A stretch of DNA of 64,000 nucleotides from an uncultured Gemmatimonadaceae bacterium (lineage in GTDB: Bacteria > Gemmatimonadota > Gemmatimonadetes > Gemmatimonadales > Gemmatimonadaceae): assembly GCA_963817955.1 (NCBI GenBank), contig CAWFQK010000004.1:1568001-1632000 (forward strand), given 5' to 3'. Positions 19,785-30,101 of this stretch are shown in pieces. The translations under genes and the position numbers were made by a program. How positions within the stretch are numbered: position 1 is the stretch's first letter; each line of letters begins with the position of its first letter. Below the pieces are notes generated by a model, which made no database searches, was not told the DNA's origin, and was given only the letters and a program-made list of their open reading frames with translations.

Positions 19785-22612
19785 GGAAATTCGTGTCGGG
19801 GAACGTTCCCCCTTCGACTGCGCGCAACGGCACGGCGCGCGAGCTTCAGGCCCTCGGCAACCCACAGCACCGCACTTCCCGCAAGCGCGCAGCCTGCCCA
19901 ATCGCCTACGCTCAACCGGGTCGTTCCGAACGCCTGTTGCAAGGGCGGCACATAGAGCACCACGCCCTGGAGAACGACCGATAATGCGATCGCGCCCCAG
20001 AGCCATCGGTTGCTGCACACGCCCATGAACGCGCTCCGCGCATCCGACCGCGCATTGAAAACATTGAAAAGCTGGGCGAGCACGAGCGTGTTGAATGCCA
20101 TGGTCTGTGCGTAGGCGAGGTCGCCGGTGCCGGGCACGATTCCGCCTGGAAGAGCGGCATCGAGGGCGTACAGGGTGGACGCCGCCATCACGGCGCCGAT
20201 CAAGAATATGTCACGCCACATACGGTTCGTGATCACACGCTCGGCGCGCGGTCGCGGCAGTTGGCGCATCGCATCCGGATCGGCCGGATCAACGCCAAGG
20301 GCAAGGGCGGGTGCCCCATCCGTGACGAGATTGATCCAGAGGATCTGCGTGGCGAGCAACGGCAACACCACCGCGCCGCGTTGGACGGGGAGACCAATGC
20401 GGTGTGCCAACACGACGCCGAAGAACATGGTCAGTACCTCGCCCATGTTCGACGAGAGCAGATAGCGCAGAAACGTGCGGATGTTCGCGAAGATCGCGCG
20501 CCCCTCCTCGACCGCCGCGACGATCGACGCGAAATTGTCGTCGGCGAGCACGATGTCGGCTGCCTGCTTTGCGACATCAGTTCCCATGATTCCCATCGCT
20601 ACGCCAATGTCGGCGGTCTTGAGCGCGGGCGCGTCGTTGACGCCGTCACCGGTCATCGCGACGATCGCGCCCCCACGCTGCAGCGCTTTCACGATCCGCA
20701 GCTTGTGGCGTGGGTCGACCCGCGCGTAGACGGACACCTCGCCGACCGCACGCAGCAGCTCATCGTCGGTCATGCGCTCGAGTTCCGCGCCGGTCATGAC
20801 CCGTGCGTCGTTGGACACGCCCAGCTCGCGCGCGATCACGGAGGCGGTTCGCGGGTGATCGCCGGTAATCATCATTGGCCGAACGCCTGCGCCTCTGGCG
20901 CGCGCGACAGCGTCCAACGCTTCGTCACGCGGCGGATCGATCATGCCGATCAATCCGGCAAACACGAGATCCCGTTCGACAGACGCATCGATCGTGTCCT
21001 CGCCAGCAAATCGCGAATCGTCCGACAGACGGCGAAACGCGACGCCGAGGGTGCGTAGCGCCTGATCGGCCAATGACTCGATCGTCTGTTCGATCGCTCG
21101 GCGGCGCTCCGGGGAGAGCACCCTCGCGTTCTCGCCCACGAGTTCCCGCGTACAGCGCGAGAGCACGACGTCGGGCGCGCCTTTGGTGAACGCCACCACG
21201 CGCCGCTCGCGCTCCAGATCGTGGTGCACCGTCGTCATCAATTTGCGCTCGGACGAGAACGGAATTTCACCGACGCGCGGCAGCCTCGACTCGAGGTCGT
21301 CGGCACGAAGCCCCGCCTTGCGGGCCGCGACCAGCAGCGCGCCCTCGGTCGGATCACCCTGGACGACCCAGCGCCCGTTCTCCTCGCGTACCGCGGCATT
21401 GTTCGCGCGATCGGCTACGGCCAGTGCCCGATCCAGTTCGGCACGCAGCGGTCCGTCGATCGCGCCCGCGCCCTCACGAAGCACCTCGCCCTCCGGCGCA
21501 TACCCCGATCCGGTCAACGACACGCGTCCGCTCGCCGTCACGACGATACGCACGGTCATCTCGTTCTTCGTCAGTGTCCCTGTCTTGTCCGACGCAATCA
21601 CGCTCGCCGAGCCGAGGGTCTCGACGGCGGCGAGATGGCGCACGATTGCGTTGCGTTTCGCCATGCGCTGCACGCCCAGAGAGAGGACCGCCGTGACGAC
21701 CGCCGGGAGTCCCTCGGGCACAGCCGCGACAGCGAGTGCAACGCCGAGAATGAGCACGTCCACCAGTGCGGCGAATCCGCGTACCTGTTCGGCGAGAATG
21801 ATCGTCGTGATCATCACGACGGCAATGACGATGACGATCATCCCAAGCATCTTGCCCGTACGATCGAGCTCATGCTGCAACGGCGTTGGCTCGGTGTGCG
21901 CGTCGCGCAGCATGCCCGCGATGCGTCCCATCTCAGAGCCCATCCCCGTCGCCGTCACCAGGACGACGCCGCGTCCATAGGTGGCGGCCGTCCCACTGAA
22001 CACCATGTTCTGTCGGTCGCCGAGCGATGCGGTACCGGCAATGGGTTCGGCATCCTTGGAGACGGGCAGACTCTCGCCGGTGAGCGCCGCTTCGGCGGTC
22101 TGGAGCGCGGTCGACTGGACGACGCGCGCGTCGGCAGCAATCGTGTCCCCTTCCTCGACGAGGACGATGTCGCCAGGGACGAGCTCCGCCGCGGGCACGC
22201 TCTGGCGCTCGCCCCCGCGAATCACGGCCGCGGCGTCCGCCGACAGGGCACGGAGCGCCAACACAGCCGCTTCGGCGCGCGCCTCCTGCACGAATCCCAT
22301 CGTCGCATTGAGCAGCACGATGGCGAAGATCGCGATCGCCTCGTAGGGGAGCGCAGCGACTCGTTCGGAGAACCACACGGCGGCGGACACCGAGGTGGCA
22401 ACGAGCAGGAGAATGACCAGCACGTTCTGGAACTGCGCGGCGAACCGTTTCCAGGCGGGCACGGCCGGCTCCGCAGCGAGCTCGTTGCGCCCATATCGAG
22501 TGAGTCGCGCACGTGCTTCCTCTTCGCTGAGCCCGCGGTGCAGATCGGTCCCGAGTGCGGCAACGACCTCCTCGGTCGTGCGCCGGTAGGCGTCGCCGAT
22601 ATCGGGGTTCAC
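19781..22612 (-). CDS. Cation-translocating P-type ATPase (type IIA, Ca2+-like)
   Basis: TGES, AVPEGLP, SDKTGTLT, TGDHP, GDGVNDAPALK, ILWINLVTDG. Confidence 0.95.
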   Translation of the reverse strand: MNPDIGDAYRRTTEEVVAALGTDLHRGLSEEEARARLTRYGRNELAAEPAVPAWKRFAAQFQNVLVILLLVATSVSAAVWFSERVAALPYEAIAIFAIVLLNATMGFVQEARAEAAVLALRALSADAAAVIRGGERQSVPAAELVPGDIVLVEEGDTIAADARVVQSTALQTAEAALTGESLPVSKDAEPIAGTASLGDRQNMVFSGTAATYGRGVVLVTATGMGSEMGRIAGMLRDAHTEPTPLQHELDRTGKMLGMIVIVIAVVMITTIILAEQVRGFAALVDVLILGVALAVAAVPEGLPAVVTAVLSLGVQRMAKRNAIVRHLAAVETLGSASVIASDKTGTLTKNEMTVRIVVTASGRVSLTGSGYAPEGEVLREGAGAIDGPLRAELDRALAVADRANNAAVREENGRWVVQGDPTEGALLVAARKAGLRADDLESRLPRVGEIPFSSERKLMTTVHHDLERERRVVAFTKGAPDVVLSRCTRELVGENARVLSPERRRAIEQTIESLADQALRTLGVAFRRLSDDSRFAGEDTIDASVERDLVFAGLIGMIDPPRDEALDAVARARGAGVRPMMITGDHPRTASVIARELGVSNDARVMTGAELERMTDDELLRAVGEVSVYARVDPRHKLRIVKALQRGGAIVAMTGDGVNDAPALKTADIGVAMGIMGTDVAKQAADIVLADDNFASIVAAVEEGRAIFANIRTFLRYLLSSNMGEVLTMFFGVVLAHRIGLPVQRGAVVLPLLATQILWINLVTDGAPALALGVDPADPDAMRQLPRPRAERVITNRMWRDIFLIGAVMAASTLYALDAALPGGIVPGTGDLAYAQTMAFNTLVLAQLFNVFNARSDARSAFMGVCSNRWLWGAIALSVVLQGVVLYVPPLQQAFGTTRLSVGDWAGCALAGSAVLWVAEGLKLARRAVARSRRGNVPRHEFP

Positions 22613-23337
22613 ACCGTGGCGCCGAAGATCCGGCCGATTACCGCCGTCAACGCCATGGCGAAGGCGCCCCAGAACGTCACGCGAACGGCGCCGCGGAACG
22701 TGCTCGCGCCGCCAGCCTGTGCGGCCAGGCCCCCGAGTGCGGCGAGAAAGACCAGCGACGTCGCAGACACGATGAGAATGGCGCGACCGATGGGCACGAC
22801 CGCGGTGATCAGGAGTGGCAGCACCGCGCCGACGGCGAATGTCGCGGCGGACGCCATCGCCGCTTGGACGGGACGAGCGGTTTGCACATCGGAGATGCCT
22901 AACTCGTCTCGGGCGTGTGCCGCGAGCGCGTCGTGCGCGGTGAGTTGCTCGGCCACCTGCCGGGCGAGCACGGGGTCGAGCCCACGGCTTACATAGATAG
23001 CCTGCAGCTCGTCGAGCTCGAGGTCGGCGCGCCCGGCGAGCTCGCCACGTTCGCGGCGCAAATCCGCGTTCTCGGTATCAGCCTGCGAGCTCACCGACAC
23101 ATACTCCCCAGCCGCCATCGACATGGCGCCCGCCACGAGGCCTGCGACGCCCGCGACCAGCACATTGCTACGGCTGGTCTCTGCGGCGACGACCCCAACG
23201 ATGAGACTCGCGGTGGATACGATGCCGTCGTTGGCACCAAGCACCGCAGCTCGAAGCCAGCCGATGCGGTGCGTTCTATGCTGCTCTGGATGCATTGGCG
23301 GCATCGGTTCGTCGCTGAATGGATGGGGAGACGTCAT
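22609..23337 (-). CDS. VIT1/CCC1 family Fe/Mn transporter
   Basis: WLRAAVLGANDGIVS, SMAAGEYVSVSSQ, AHARDELG. Confidence 0.93.
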   Translation of the reverse strand: MTSPHPFSDEPMPPMHPEQHRTHRIGWLRAAVLGANDGIVSTASLIVGVVAAETSRSNVLVAGVAGLVAGAMSMAAGEYVSVSSQADTENADLRRERGELAGRADLELDELQAIYVSRGLDPVLARQVAEQLTAHDALAAHARDELGISDVQTARPVQAAMASAATFAVGAVLPLLITAVVPIGRAILIVSATSLVFLAALGGLAAQAGGASTFRGAVRVTFWGAFAMALTAVIGRIFGATV

Positions 23338-23439
23338 GAAGGAATGAATAGCGACCCGAGGTGTTCGGCGGCGGAGTCAATCGCCTGACATCCTGTGGCG
23401 CAAAATCTTGTTTACTCCATGGGGCGGGCGCCACACGCC

Positions 23440-25188
23440 ATGCAACCCCAACCGGATAATTCTGCCGTTCGCGCCGCCAGCGCGGTCGCCGATGCGTACG
23501 CGTTGATGCGGCAGCGATTCGACGCGCTGACCGCACGCGCCGCCATGCATTTCACCACACGCAACTGGCATCGCGGCCATCGGGACGCGACGGCGCGGCT
23601 CCTGGTCTATAACCGGCAGACGGACGCGGCCGTGGCGACCCTCCGGAAGGTGCTGAGCGACCGAGTGCGGGATCGCGAGTTGTGGGGCGCGGTGCGCAGT
23701 GCGTACGCGACACTCATTGCGGCCCGTACCGATCACGAGATCGCGGCCACCTTCTTCAACTCGGTCACGCGGCGCGTATTCGGGACGGTTGGCGTCGATC
23801 GAGGAATCGAGTTTCTCGGCACCGACATCGACGGCCAGAACTGCGGCCAAGCACCGGTAGCGCGGATCAGGCTTGGCGACGGGGCAGCAGGCATCGAGCA
23901 CATATTCCGCGCGCTGCCAATCGACGCACCGTGGCGCGATCTGCACGCAGATGCCGCGACGGTGCACGACGAGATCGCTCGGGTCGTGGGCGCGGGTGAC
24001 TCGTGCGACCTCGAGCTGCTGACGACGCCATTCTACCGCAACAAGGGTGCGTACATCGTTGGTCGCGTGACCAGGCGTGCGGGCATCACACCGGTGGTGC
24101 TGCCGCTGCTCCATGCTGAGAACGGCGTGTCGGTGGACGCCGTGCTGCTGACGTCCGATGAAGCCTCCGTCGTCTTCGGATTCTCATGGTCGTACTTCCA
24201 GGTGCAGGCCGACCACCCCGGCGCCGTCGTGTCCTTTCTCGCTTCGATCATGCCGCTCAAACGCATCGACGAGCTCTACACCGCCATCGGGTTTCACAAG
24301 CACGGCAAGACGGAGCTCTATCGCGGTCTGCTGGCGCATCTCAACGACCACAGGGCGTGCTTCGAGCGCGCGGTGGGCCAGCCAGGCCTGGTCATGGCGG
24401 TGATCGCGTTGCCGTCGTACAACCTCGCCGTGAAGATCATCCGCGACGCGATCGGGTATCCCAAGCGCGTGACCCGCCGTGAAGTGATGGCACAATATCG
24501 CTTCGTGTTTCTCCGCGATCGCGTCGGCCGCCTGGCCGATGCGCAGGAGTTCGAGCGCATCGAGCTGCCTCGGACCGCGTTTCCCGACGCCCTGCTGGCC
24601 GAGCTGGTGGCTGCGGCTCCGAGCAGCGTCCTGCCCGATGGCGACCACGTCGTCATTGCACACTGCTACGCACAACGCCGGTTGGATCCGCTCGACGTGT
24701 ACCTCGACACGGCGTCGTCCACAGACGCCTGCGCGGCCATCCGGGACTACGGTCAGGCGATTGAGGATCTCGCACACGCAGGCATCTTCCCCGGCGACAT
24801 GCTCCTCAAGAACTTCGGTTTGAGCCGTCACGGCCGCGTCATCTTCTATGACTACGACGAGATCGAGGACCTGGACGACGTCGTCTTCCGCGACATGCCA
24901 GAAGGGAGCTACGAGGATGAGTTGTCAGAGGAACCATGGTTCTCCGTGGGTGAGCACGACACGTTTCCCGAAGAGTTCATTCCCTTCCTGGTGCCGGCCG
25001 GTCCGTTGCGCGACGAGTTCCTGTCCATGCACGCGCATTTGCTGACGGCACGATGGTGGCGGGAGGTCCAACAGCGCATTCGTGACGGCGAGCTGTTCGA
25101 CGTGTATCCCTATGCACCGTCGCGTCGGCTACCGACGAACCCATCATGTTCTCGCCCCGAAACTGTCCTGCCTTTCCCGGCTGCATGA
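23440..25188 (+). CDS. aceK: Isocitrate dehydrogenase kinase/phosphatase
   Basis: TFFNSVTRR, FYRNKGAYIVG, ELYTAIG..KHGKTE, DRVGRLADAQEF, FPGDMLLKNFG, FYDYDEI. Confidence 0.93.
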   Translation: MQPQPDNSAVRAASAVADAYALMRQRFDALTARAAMHFTTRNWHRGHRDATARLLVYNRQTDAAVATLRKVLSDRVRDRELWGAVRSAYATLIAARTDHEIAATFFNSVTRRVFGTVGVDRGIEFLGTDIDGQNCGQAPVARIRLGDGAAGIEHIFRALPIDAPWRDLHADAATVHDEIARVVGAGDSCDLELLTTPFYRNKGAYIVGRVTRRAGITPVVLPLLHAENGVSVDAVLLTSDEASVVFGFSWSYFQVQADHPGAVVSFLASIMPLKRIDELYTAIGFHKHGKTELYRGLLAHLNDHRACFERAVGQPGLVMAVIALPSYNLAVKIIRDAIGYPKRVTRREVMAQYRFVFLRDRVGRLADAQEFERIELPRTAFPDALLAELVAAAPSSVLPDGDHVVIAHCYAQRRLDPLDVYLDTASSTDACAAIRDYGQAIEDLAHAGIFPGDMLLKNFGLSRHGRVIFYDYDEIEDLDDVVFRDMPEGSYEDELSEEPWFSVGEHDTFPEEFIPFLVPAGPLRDEFLSMHAHLLTARWWREVQQRIRDGELFDVYPYAPSRRLPTNPSCSRPETVLPFPAA

Positions 25189-25363
25189 GATTACGAGAAT
25201 GATAACTGTTGTGCGGCGGTTCTTCTTCGTTTGCCCGCGCCCGTTCCGCCGGCGCGCGCAGGCGCTGCGCCGCCCAGCGTGGCGTCCGTCTCTCGAGACG
25301 CCATGCCTGTCGCTGCTCGAGAGAGCGCTCTCGTACGGCGTGCGCACGCACGCAGGAGACCCC

Positions 25364-25810
25364 ATGTTCAAAGACGACAAGAAGGACATCAGCCGCCGGC
25401 TGTTCGAGAAAGTGTGGAACGAGGGGAAGACTGAGATGATTCCCGAGCTTCACACTCCGGATTTCTTCATCAAGGATCCCTATAACCCCGTCAGCATCAA
25501 GGGCGTCGAGGCCGTGAGGCAGTATCTGATGAACTACAAGAAAGCGTTTCCGGATCTGTTCATCCGCGTCGACCGCCAGATCGCCGAAGATGATTTCGTC
25601 GTGAATTTCCTGACCGCGACCGGAACGCACCAGGGCACGTTGCTCGACGTGCCGCCGACGAATAAGACGGTGACGTTGACCGCGATCGTGACACTCCGTT
25701 TCGTGGACGACAAGATCGCTGAATGCGACACGATGTGGGACGCGCTCGGCTTCCTCCGCACCGTCGGATCGGTGCAGCGCGTGATGGAACCACTCGCCGC
25801 GCGCCGGTAG
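25364..25810 (+). CDS. SnoaL-like ester cyclase family protein
   Basis: AGGAG RBS; AFPDL..IAEDDFV...GTHQG...PPTNK. Confidence 0.85.
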   Translation: MFKDDKKDISRRLFEKVWNEGKTEMIPELHTPDFFIKDPYNPVSIKGVEAVRQYLMNYKKAFPDLFIRVDRQIAEDDFVVNFLTATGTHQGTLLDVPPTNKTVTLTAIVTLRFVDDKIAECDTMWDALGFLRTVGSVQRVMEPLAARR

Positions 25811-25835
25811 CGCTGGTAGGCAGCATCGCGACTCA

Positions 25836-25871
25836 TCGCACGAATTCCGTCCGGCGGCGGAATTCGTGCGA
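25836..25871. terminator. GC-rich hairpin (possible terminator or stability element)
   Basis: TCGCACGAATTCCG-8 nt loop-CGGAATTCGTGCGA, 14-bp perfect stem just after the ester cyclase gene; no U-tract. Confidence 0.35.
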
Positions 25872-26027
25872 GCGGCTTCAGCCGCAATCACGGTGCTGCC
25901 GAATCCGCAGGCACGCCGCCGCACGACCCGCCCACTCGCACGACCCGCCCACTCGCGAGAGCACGATACATGCGGCATGATTAGATCGGCTGCGGAAGCG
26001 GTGGTGCTTATTGCTGCATATCGTCGG

Positions 26028-27605
26028 ATGAAGTCACACGGTCACGCCGACCTCGACTGGTTCGGTGATCTCGTCGGCAACGCGAACGCCATTCTCTGGG
26101 AGATGGCGCTCCCGAGCCGGCGCTTCGTGTTCGTGAGCCCGCACGCGGAGCGCGTGCTCGGCTATCCGGTGTCGCAGTGGTTCGATGAAGATGATTTTTG
26201 GACGAAGCACATCCATCCTGACGATCGCGCTCGAGCAACGCAGCTCCTCGCCGACGCAACGGCCAAGGGGCACGAACACGAGTTCGAGTATCGGGCCGTT
26301 GCGGCAGACGGACGGGCCGTATGGCTGAGTGACGTCGTTCGGGTGGTAAAGAGCCGCCCGGGTGGGGACACCGTCCTTCGCGGGGTGATGACCGATGTCA
26401 GCGCCCGTCACGCGGCGCAGGAGCGGACGCAGCAACTCGCGCACGAGCGTGAGGAGCATGCCCGCGCGGACATGGAGAGCAATCGGTTCCTCCAACTGAT
26501 TGGCAGTCTCGACGCAATCGTTTGGGAGGCGAACGCCGATACATGGCAGTTCACGTTCGTGAGCGGCGCCGCAGCCGAGGTGTTGGGGATTCCCCCGGAG
26601 CAATGGCTCGCGGGCGCAGACAGTTGGCCCAAGGCAATCCACCCTGAGGATCGAGAGAGCTGGGTGGAATTCAAGCGCCAGTTGGCCGAAGACAGTGGCG
26701 AAACGCGCGAGTTTCAGTGTCGTGCGGTGAAAACGGATGGAAGTACGGTCTGGCTACGGACGACGGTCCGCGGCAGACGAGACGATCACGGGCATGTCAC
26801 GCAGTACTGTGGCGTGATGCTCGACGTAACGAAACGTGCAGAGGCGGAACGGGCGCGCGAGGCACTCCTCGCCGAACGCGCGCGCCTGCTGGATCGCGAA
26901 CGAGAGGCACGCACTGCAGCCGAACGTGCGCTGCGGATACGCGACGAAGTGCTGGGAGTGGTCGCGCACGACCTGCGCAATCCCGTGCATACCATCGACA
27001 TCACCGCCGAGACCATGCTGGCCTTGACCGATTTCGACGCGGACCGGCAGCGATACGTGCACATCATCCGGCGCGCGGCGCACAGCATGGATCGGCTCAT
27101 TCGCGATCTGCTCGACGTGAGACGCGTGGAGGCCGGGACATTCGCGATTCGTAAAGAACGCGTCGACATCGGCGCGTTGGTCGAAGAGACGTTGGAGCTC
27201 TTCGCGCCCGAGGCCCGCCAGCGTCACATTGGGATCACGCTCGACTCACTTCGAGACGTACCATCAGTCGTGGGCGATCGGGATCGCCTCCGCCAGGTAC
27301 TGTCGAATCTGCTCGGAAATGCTTTGAAGTTCACGCGGGCGAACGGTCAGATTGGGGTCGAAGTGGCCTCTGCGGCGAAAGCAGTGGAAGTCGCGGTCAG
27401 CGATACTGGTCTGGGAATTTCGCCGGTCAGTCTTCCGCACGTTTTCGATCGCTTCTGGCAAGCCGACAACACGTCGCCTGCCGGCTCCGGACTAGGGCTT
27501 GCGATCGCCAAGGCGATCGTCGAAGCACATGGCGGTCAAATCTCAGTGGAGAGCGTCGAGGGCCAGGGTTCGATCTTCCGCTTCACAATTCCCGAAGCGA
27601 GTTGA
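26028..27605 (+). CDS. Cytoplasmic PAS-PAS sensor histidine kinase
   Basis: Two PAS_3 repeats (IHPDD/IHPED); AHDLRNP, NLLGNALKFT, DTGLGI, GSGLGL. Confidence 0.92.
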   Translation: MKSHGHADLDWFGDLVGNANAILWEMALPSRRFVFVSPHAERVLGYPVSQWFDEDDFWTKHIHPDDRARATQLLADATAKGHEHEFEYRAVAADGRAVWLSDVVRVVKSRPGGDTVLRGVMTDVSARHAAQERTQQLAHEREEHARADMESNRFLQLIGSLDAIVWEANADTWQFTFVSGAAAEVLGIPPEQWLAGADSWPKAIHPEDRESWVEFKRQLAEDSGETREFQCRAVKTDGSTVWLRTTVRGRRDDHGHVTQYCGVMLDVTKRAEAERAREALLAERARLLDREREARTAAERALRIRDEVLGVVAHDLRNPVHTIDITAETMLALTDFDADRQRYVHIIRRAAHSMDRLIRDLLDVRRVEAGTFAIRKERVDIGALVEETLELFAPEARQRHIGITLDSLRDVPSVVGDRDRLRQVLSNLLGNALKFTRANGQIGVEVASAAKAVEVAVSDTGLGISPVSLPHVFDRFWQADNTSPAGSGLGLAIAKAIVEAHGGQISVESVEGQGSIFRFTIPEAS

Positions 27606-27638
27606 GCGAAAGATTCTTACTCGCCGAATGTGGCCTGG

Positions 27639-29978
27639 CTACGTGTCCGCCGTAATGGCCGGGTTCATGGACACAGGACTCGCGACACCGCGTCCATCAC
27701 TCGGCACGGAGAACGAGAACGTGCTCCCCTTCCCAACCTCGCTTTCCGCCCAGATCCGGCCGCCATGGCCGGTCACGATTCCTTGCGCGATGGCCAAGCC
27801 AAGTCCGGTGCCTCTCGTCGCACTGCCGCGGTTCGAGTGCCAGAATCGTTGAAACACCTGTGGCAGGTCATCGGCGGTTATGCCGGCACCGGTGTCTTGT
27901 ACCGCAAACACGACCTCGCCGCCAACCTCTCGGGCGCTGAGACAAATGCTGCCGCCGGCGCCCGTGTACTTGAGTGCATTGCCGACGAGATTCGAGAGCA
28001 CTTGCATGATGCGCTGCCCGTCCACTCGGATAAACGGTAATCCTGCAGGAATCTCGACACGGAGTTCGACGCCTTGCGCGTGCGCGCGTGCCGCGAACAC
28101 CTCGCGGATGGCTTCGACGATTGGCGAGACTGCGTGCTCGTCGAGTTCGATGGACAGACGTCCAGCCTCGATGCTCGCGACATCGAGCAAGTCCTGCATG
28201 AGTCGGTGCATCCAGCCAGCCGAGTCGACGATGTTCTGCACCAACTCCGTCCGGCCGTCGGCGAGGAACTCCTGCGGACCCGACCGCAGCGAATCGGCGG
28301 ACATGGTAATCGCGCTCAGGAAATTCCGCAGATCGTGGGAAACGACGCCGAGTACGCGATCACGAGCCGCAGTCGCCCGCTCCGCGCGGCGCAGATGCAA
28401 CGCGCTGTCAATTGCCGGGGCCGCCCTTGCGGCGAGCAGCACGGCCAGCGCGAGGTCATCCGCATTGAACGTCTGCCCGGGGGCGCTCCCGATCGTCATG
28501 GCGCCCAGCACGCGCCCCTGTACCTGCAGCGGCACGAGCAGGAGCGTGCTGCTGCCGAGCTCTCGCCACATCGCGAGGTGCTCCGCATCCACAGTGTGAG
28601 CCTCCAGCCATTCGACGGACAGCGGCGCCACGATTTCCGGTGCGCCTGATCGGAGGACATCGATCACGCGCTCTGGCGAATCGACCAGTAGCCCGTTCAC
28701 CTCGACGGCGCGCAAACGTGCGTTGACCACGGGATCCCGATGCACGCTCGCTACGCGCCGGATCTGTGCGCCGCCCTCGCCGTCTTCGAGCACGTCGACG
28801 ATGCACCAATCCCCAACTGTTCCCACCGGCATGCGTGCGACGGCGCCGAGCTGCGCATCGAAGTCAAGCGGAATCGCCAACCATTGTCCCGCCTCCGCCA
28901 GGGCGTGCTCGCGGCGCTCGGTACGCCTCCGTTCCGTGATGTCGCGCAACACGACGGTGAAGACCATGCCTTCGGGCATCAACAGCTTGGAGACAGACGC
29001 CTCTGCCGTGAACTCCTTGCCGTCGCGCCGCCGCCCAATGACTTGCGGCCGTGCGCCAACGACGTGCGCCGACTCAGCCGACTCCGCGAAACGCTTGACT
29101 CGGGACTGGTGCCCACTGGCGAAGCGCTCCGGCAGGAGCATCTCGAGCTTCTGACCGATCACCTCGCTTGCCGAATAGCCAAAGATCGTTTCCGCGCCAC
29201 GATTGAAATGCACGATCTCTTGTTGCTCATTCGCCGAGATGATGGCATCGGCGGCCATCTCCAAAATGCCCGCGAACTTCGCCTCCGACGCACGGAGCGC
29301 GCGTTCTGCCTGTTCCCGGCGCAGGAGATCACCACGAACCGTGCGCCGCGCGCTCAAGGCCACGGCAATAGACCCCGCACCGAGCAAGAGCAAGGTGAAC
29401 CACGCCAGCTGCTCTCGTGTGCGCTGTGTCGACGCCCGCTCGGCGAGCAGGCCGTTCGTGTGCACATCGAGCGTGCGTACGGCGTGTTGGATGCGCATCA
29501 TCAGCGAGTCTACGTTGGCAATCTGCGCAGCTCGTAGCTGGCCCGGGCCGCGGACCAAGCCGACACGCGCGTCCTTTGCACGCTCGTCGGCCTCATCGGC
29601 GAGGGTTCCCTCCAATTGCGTGTGGACCTTGGTGACAACGGTGTCGAGTGCGTCCAACGTGGCGCCAACCGACGGGTCGATGGTGGCCAGCTCACGCAAC
29701 TTCCTCAGCGCCTGTACGGTGGAATCACTGCTCGCGCGATAGCGTCGCACATACACGGTGTCCCCCGTGAGCAAATACATGTGGACCCCATGAGAGGCAT
29801 GGTCCACGTTGTTGTCCAGCTTTAGCAGCGTCGCGCGCGTGTCACGCACGCGCGCTACCCACTGGGCATCATCCAGGAACTCATGTGTCACTCGCGTCGC
29901 GATGGCGGCGGCTACAATGATGCCTGCGGTGGCTATGCCGATCGCGAGCGAGAGCTTCCGGACGGTCGGTAGAGGCAT
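27639..29978 (-). CDS. Membrane sensor histidine kinase (CHASE3-like, PAS, GAF)
   Basis: Two TM segments flanking YLLTGD..Y; PAS; GAF; SHDLRN, NLVGNALKY, GTGLGL. Confidence 0.9.
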   Translation of the reverse strand: MPLPTVRKLSLAIGIATAGIIVAAAIATRVTHEFLDDAQWVARVRDTRATLLKLDNNVDHASHGVHMYLLTGDTVYVRRYRASSDSTVQALRKLRELATIDPSVGATLDALDTVVTKVHTQLEGTLADEADERAKDARVGLVRGPGQLRAAQIANVDSLMMRIQHAVRTLDVHTNGLLAERASTQRTREQLAWFTLLLLGAGSIAVALSARRTVRGDLLRREQAERALRASEAKFAGILEMAADAIISANEQQEIVHFNRGAETIFGYSASEVIGQKLEMLLPERFASGHQSRVKRFAESAESAHVVGARPQVIGRRRDGKEFTAEASVSKLLMPEGMVFTVVLRDITERRRTERREHALAEAGQWLAIPLDFDAQLGAVARMPVGTVGDWCIVDVLEDGEGGAQIRRVASVHRDPVVNARLRAVEVNGLLVDSPERVIDVLRSGAPEIVAPLSVEWLEAHTVDAEHLAMWRELGSSTLLLVPLQVQGRVLGAMTIGSAPGQTFNADDLALAVLLAARAAPAIDSALHLRRAERATAARDRVLGVVSHDLRNFLSAITMSADSLRSGPQEFLADGRTELVQNIVDSAGWMHRLMQDLLDVASIEAGRLSIELDEHAVSPIVEAIREVFAARAHAQGVELRVEIPAGLPFIRVDGQRIMQVLSNLVGNALKYTGAGGSICLSAREVGGEVVFAVQDTGAGITADDLPQVFQRFWHSNRGSATRGTGLGLAIAQGIVTGHGGRIWAESEVGKGSTFSFSVPSDGRGVASPVSMNPAITADT

Positions 29979-30101
29979 GATGCGGCTTGAGTGAGAGCAC
30001 GCCAGGGGAGGGACAAGCGACGTCGCGAGCGCGCACTGACTTACTGCCTACGCACAGCGCCGCCGTCCTGTTGACACAAGACGGCGCGCCATGCGGTCGA
30101 G

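Noticed and set aside
21221..22996. 591-aa + strand ORF
   Set aside because: Antisense shadow of the P-type ATPase/VIT genes in high-GC DNA; no motifs
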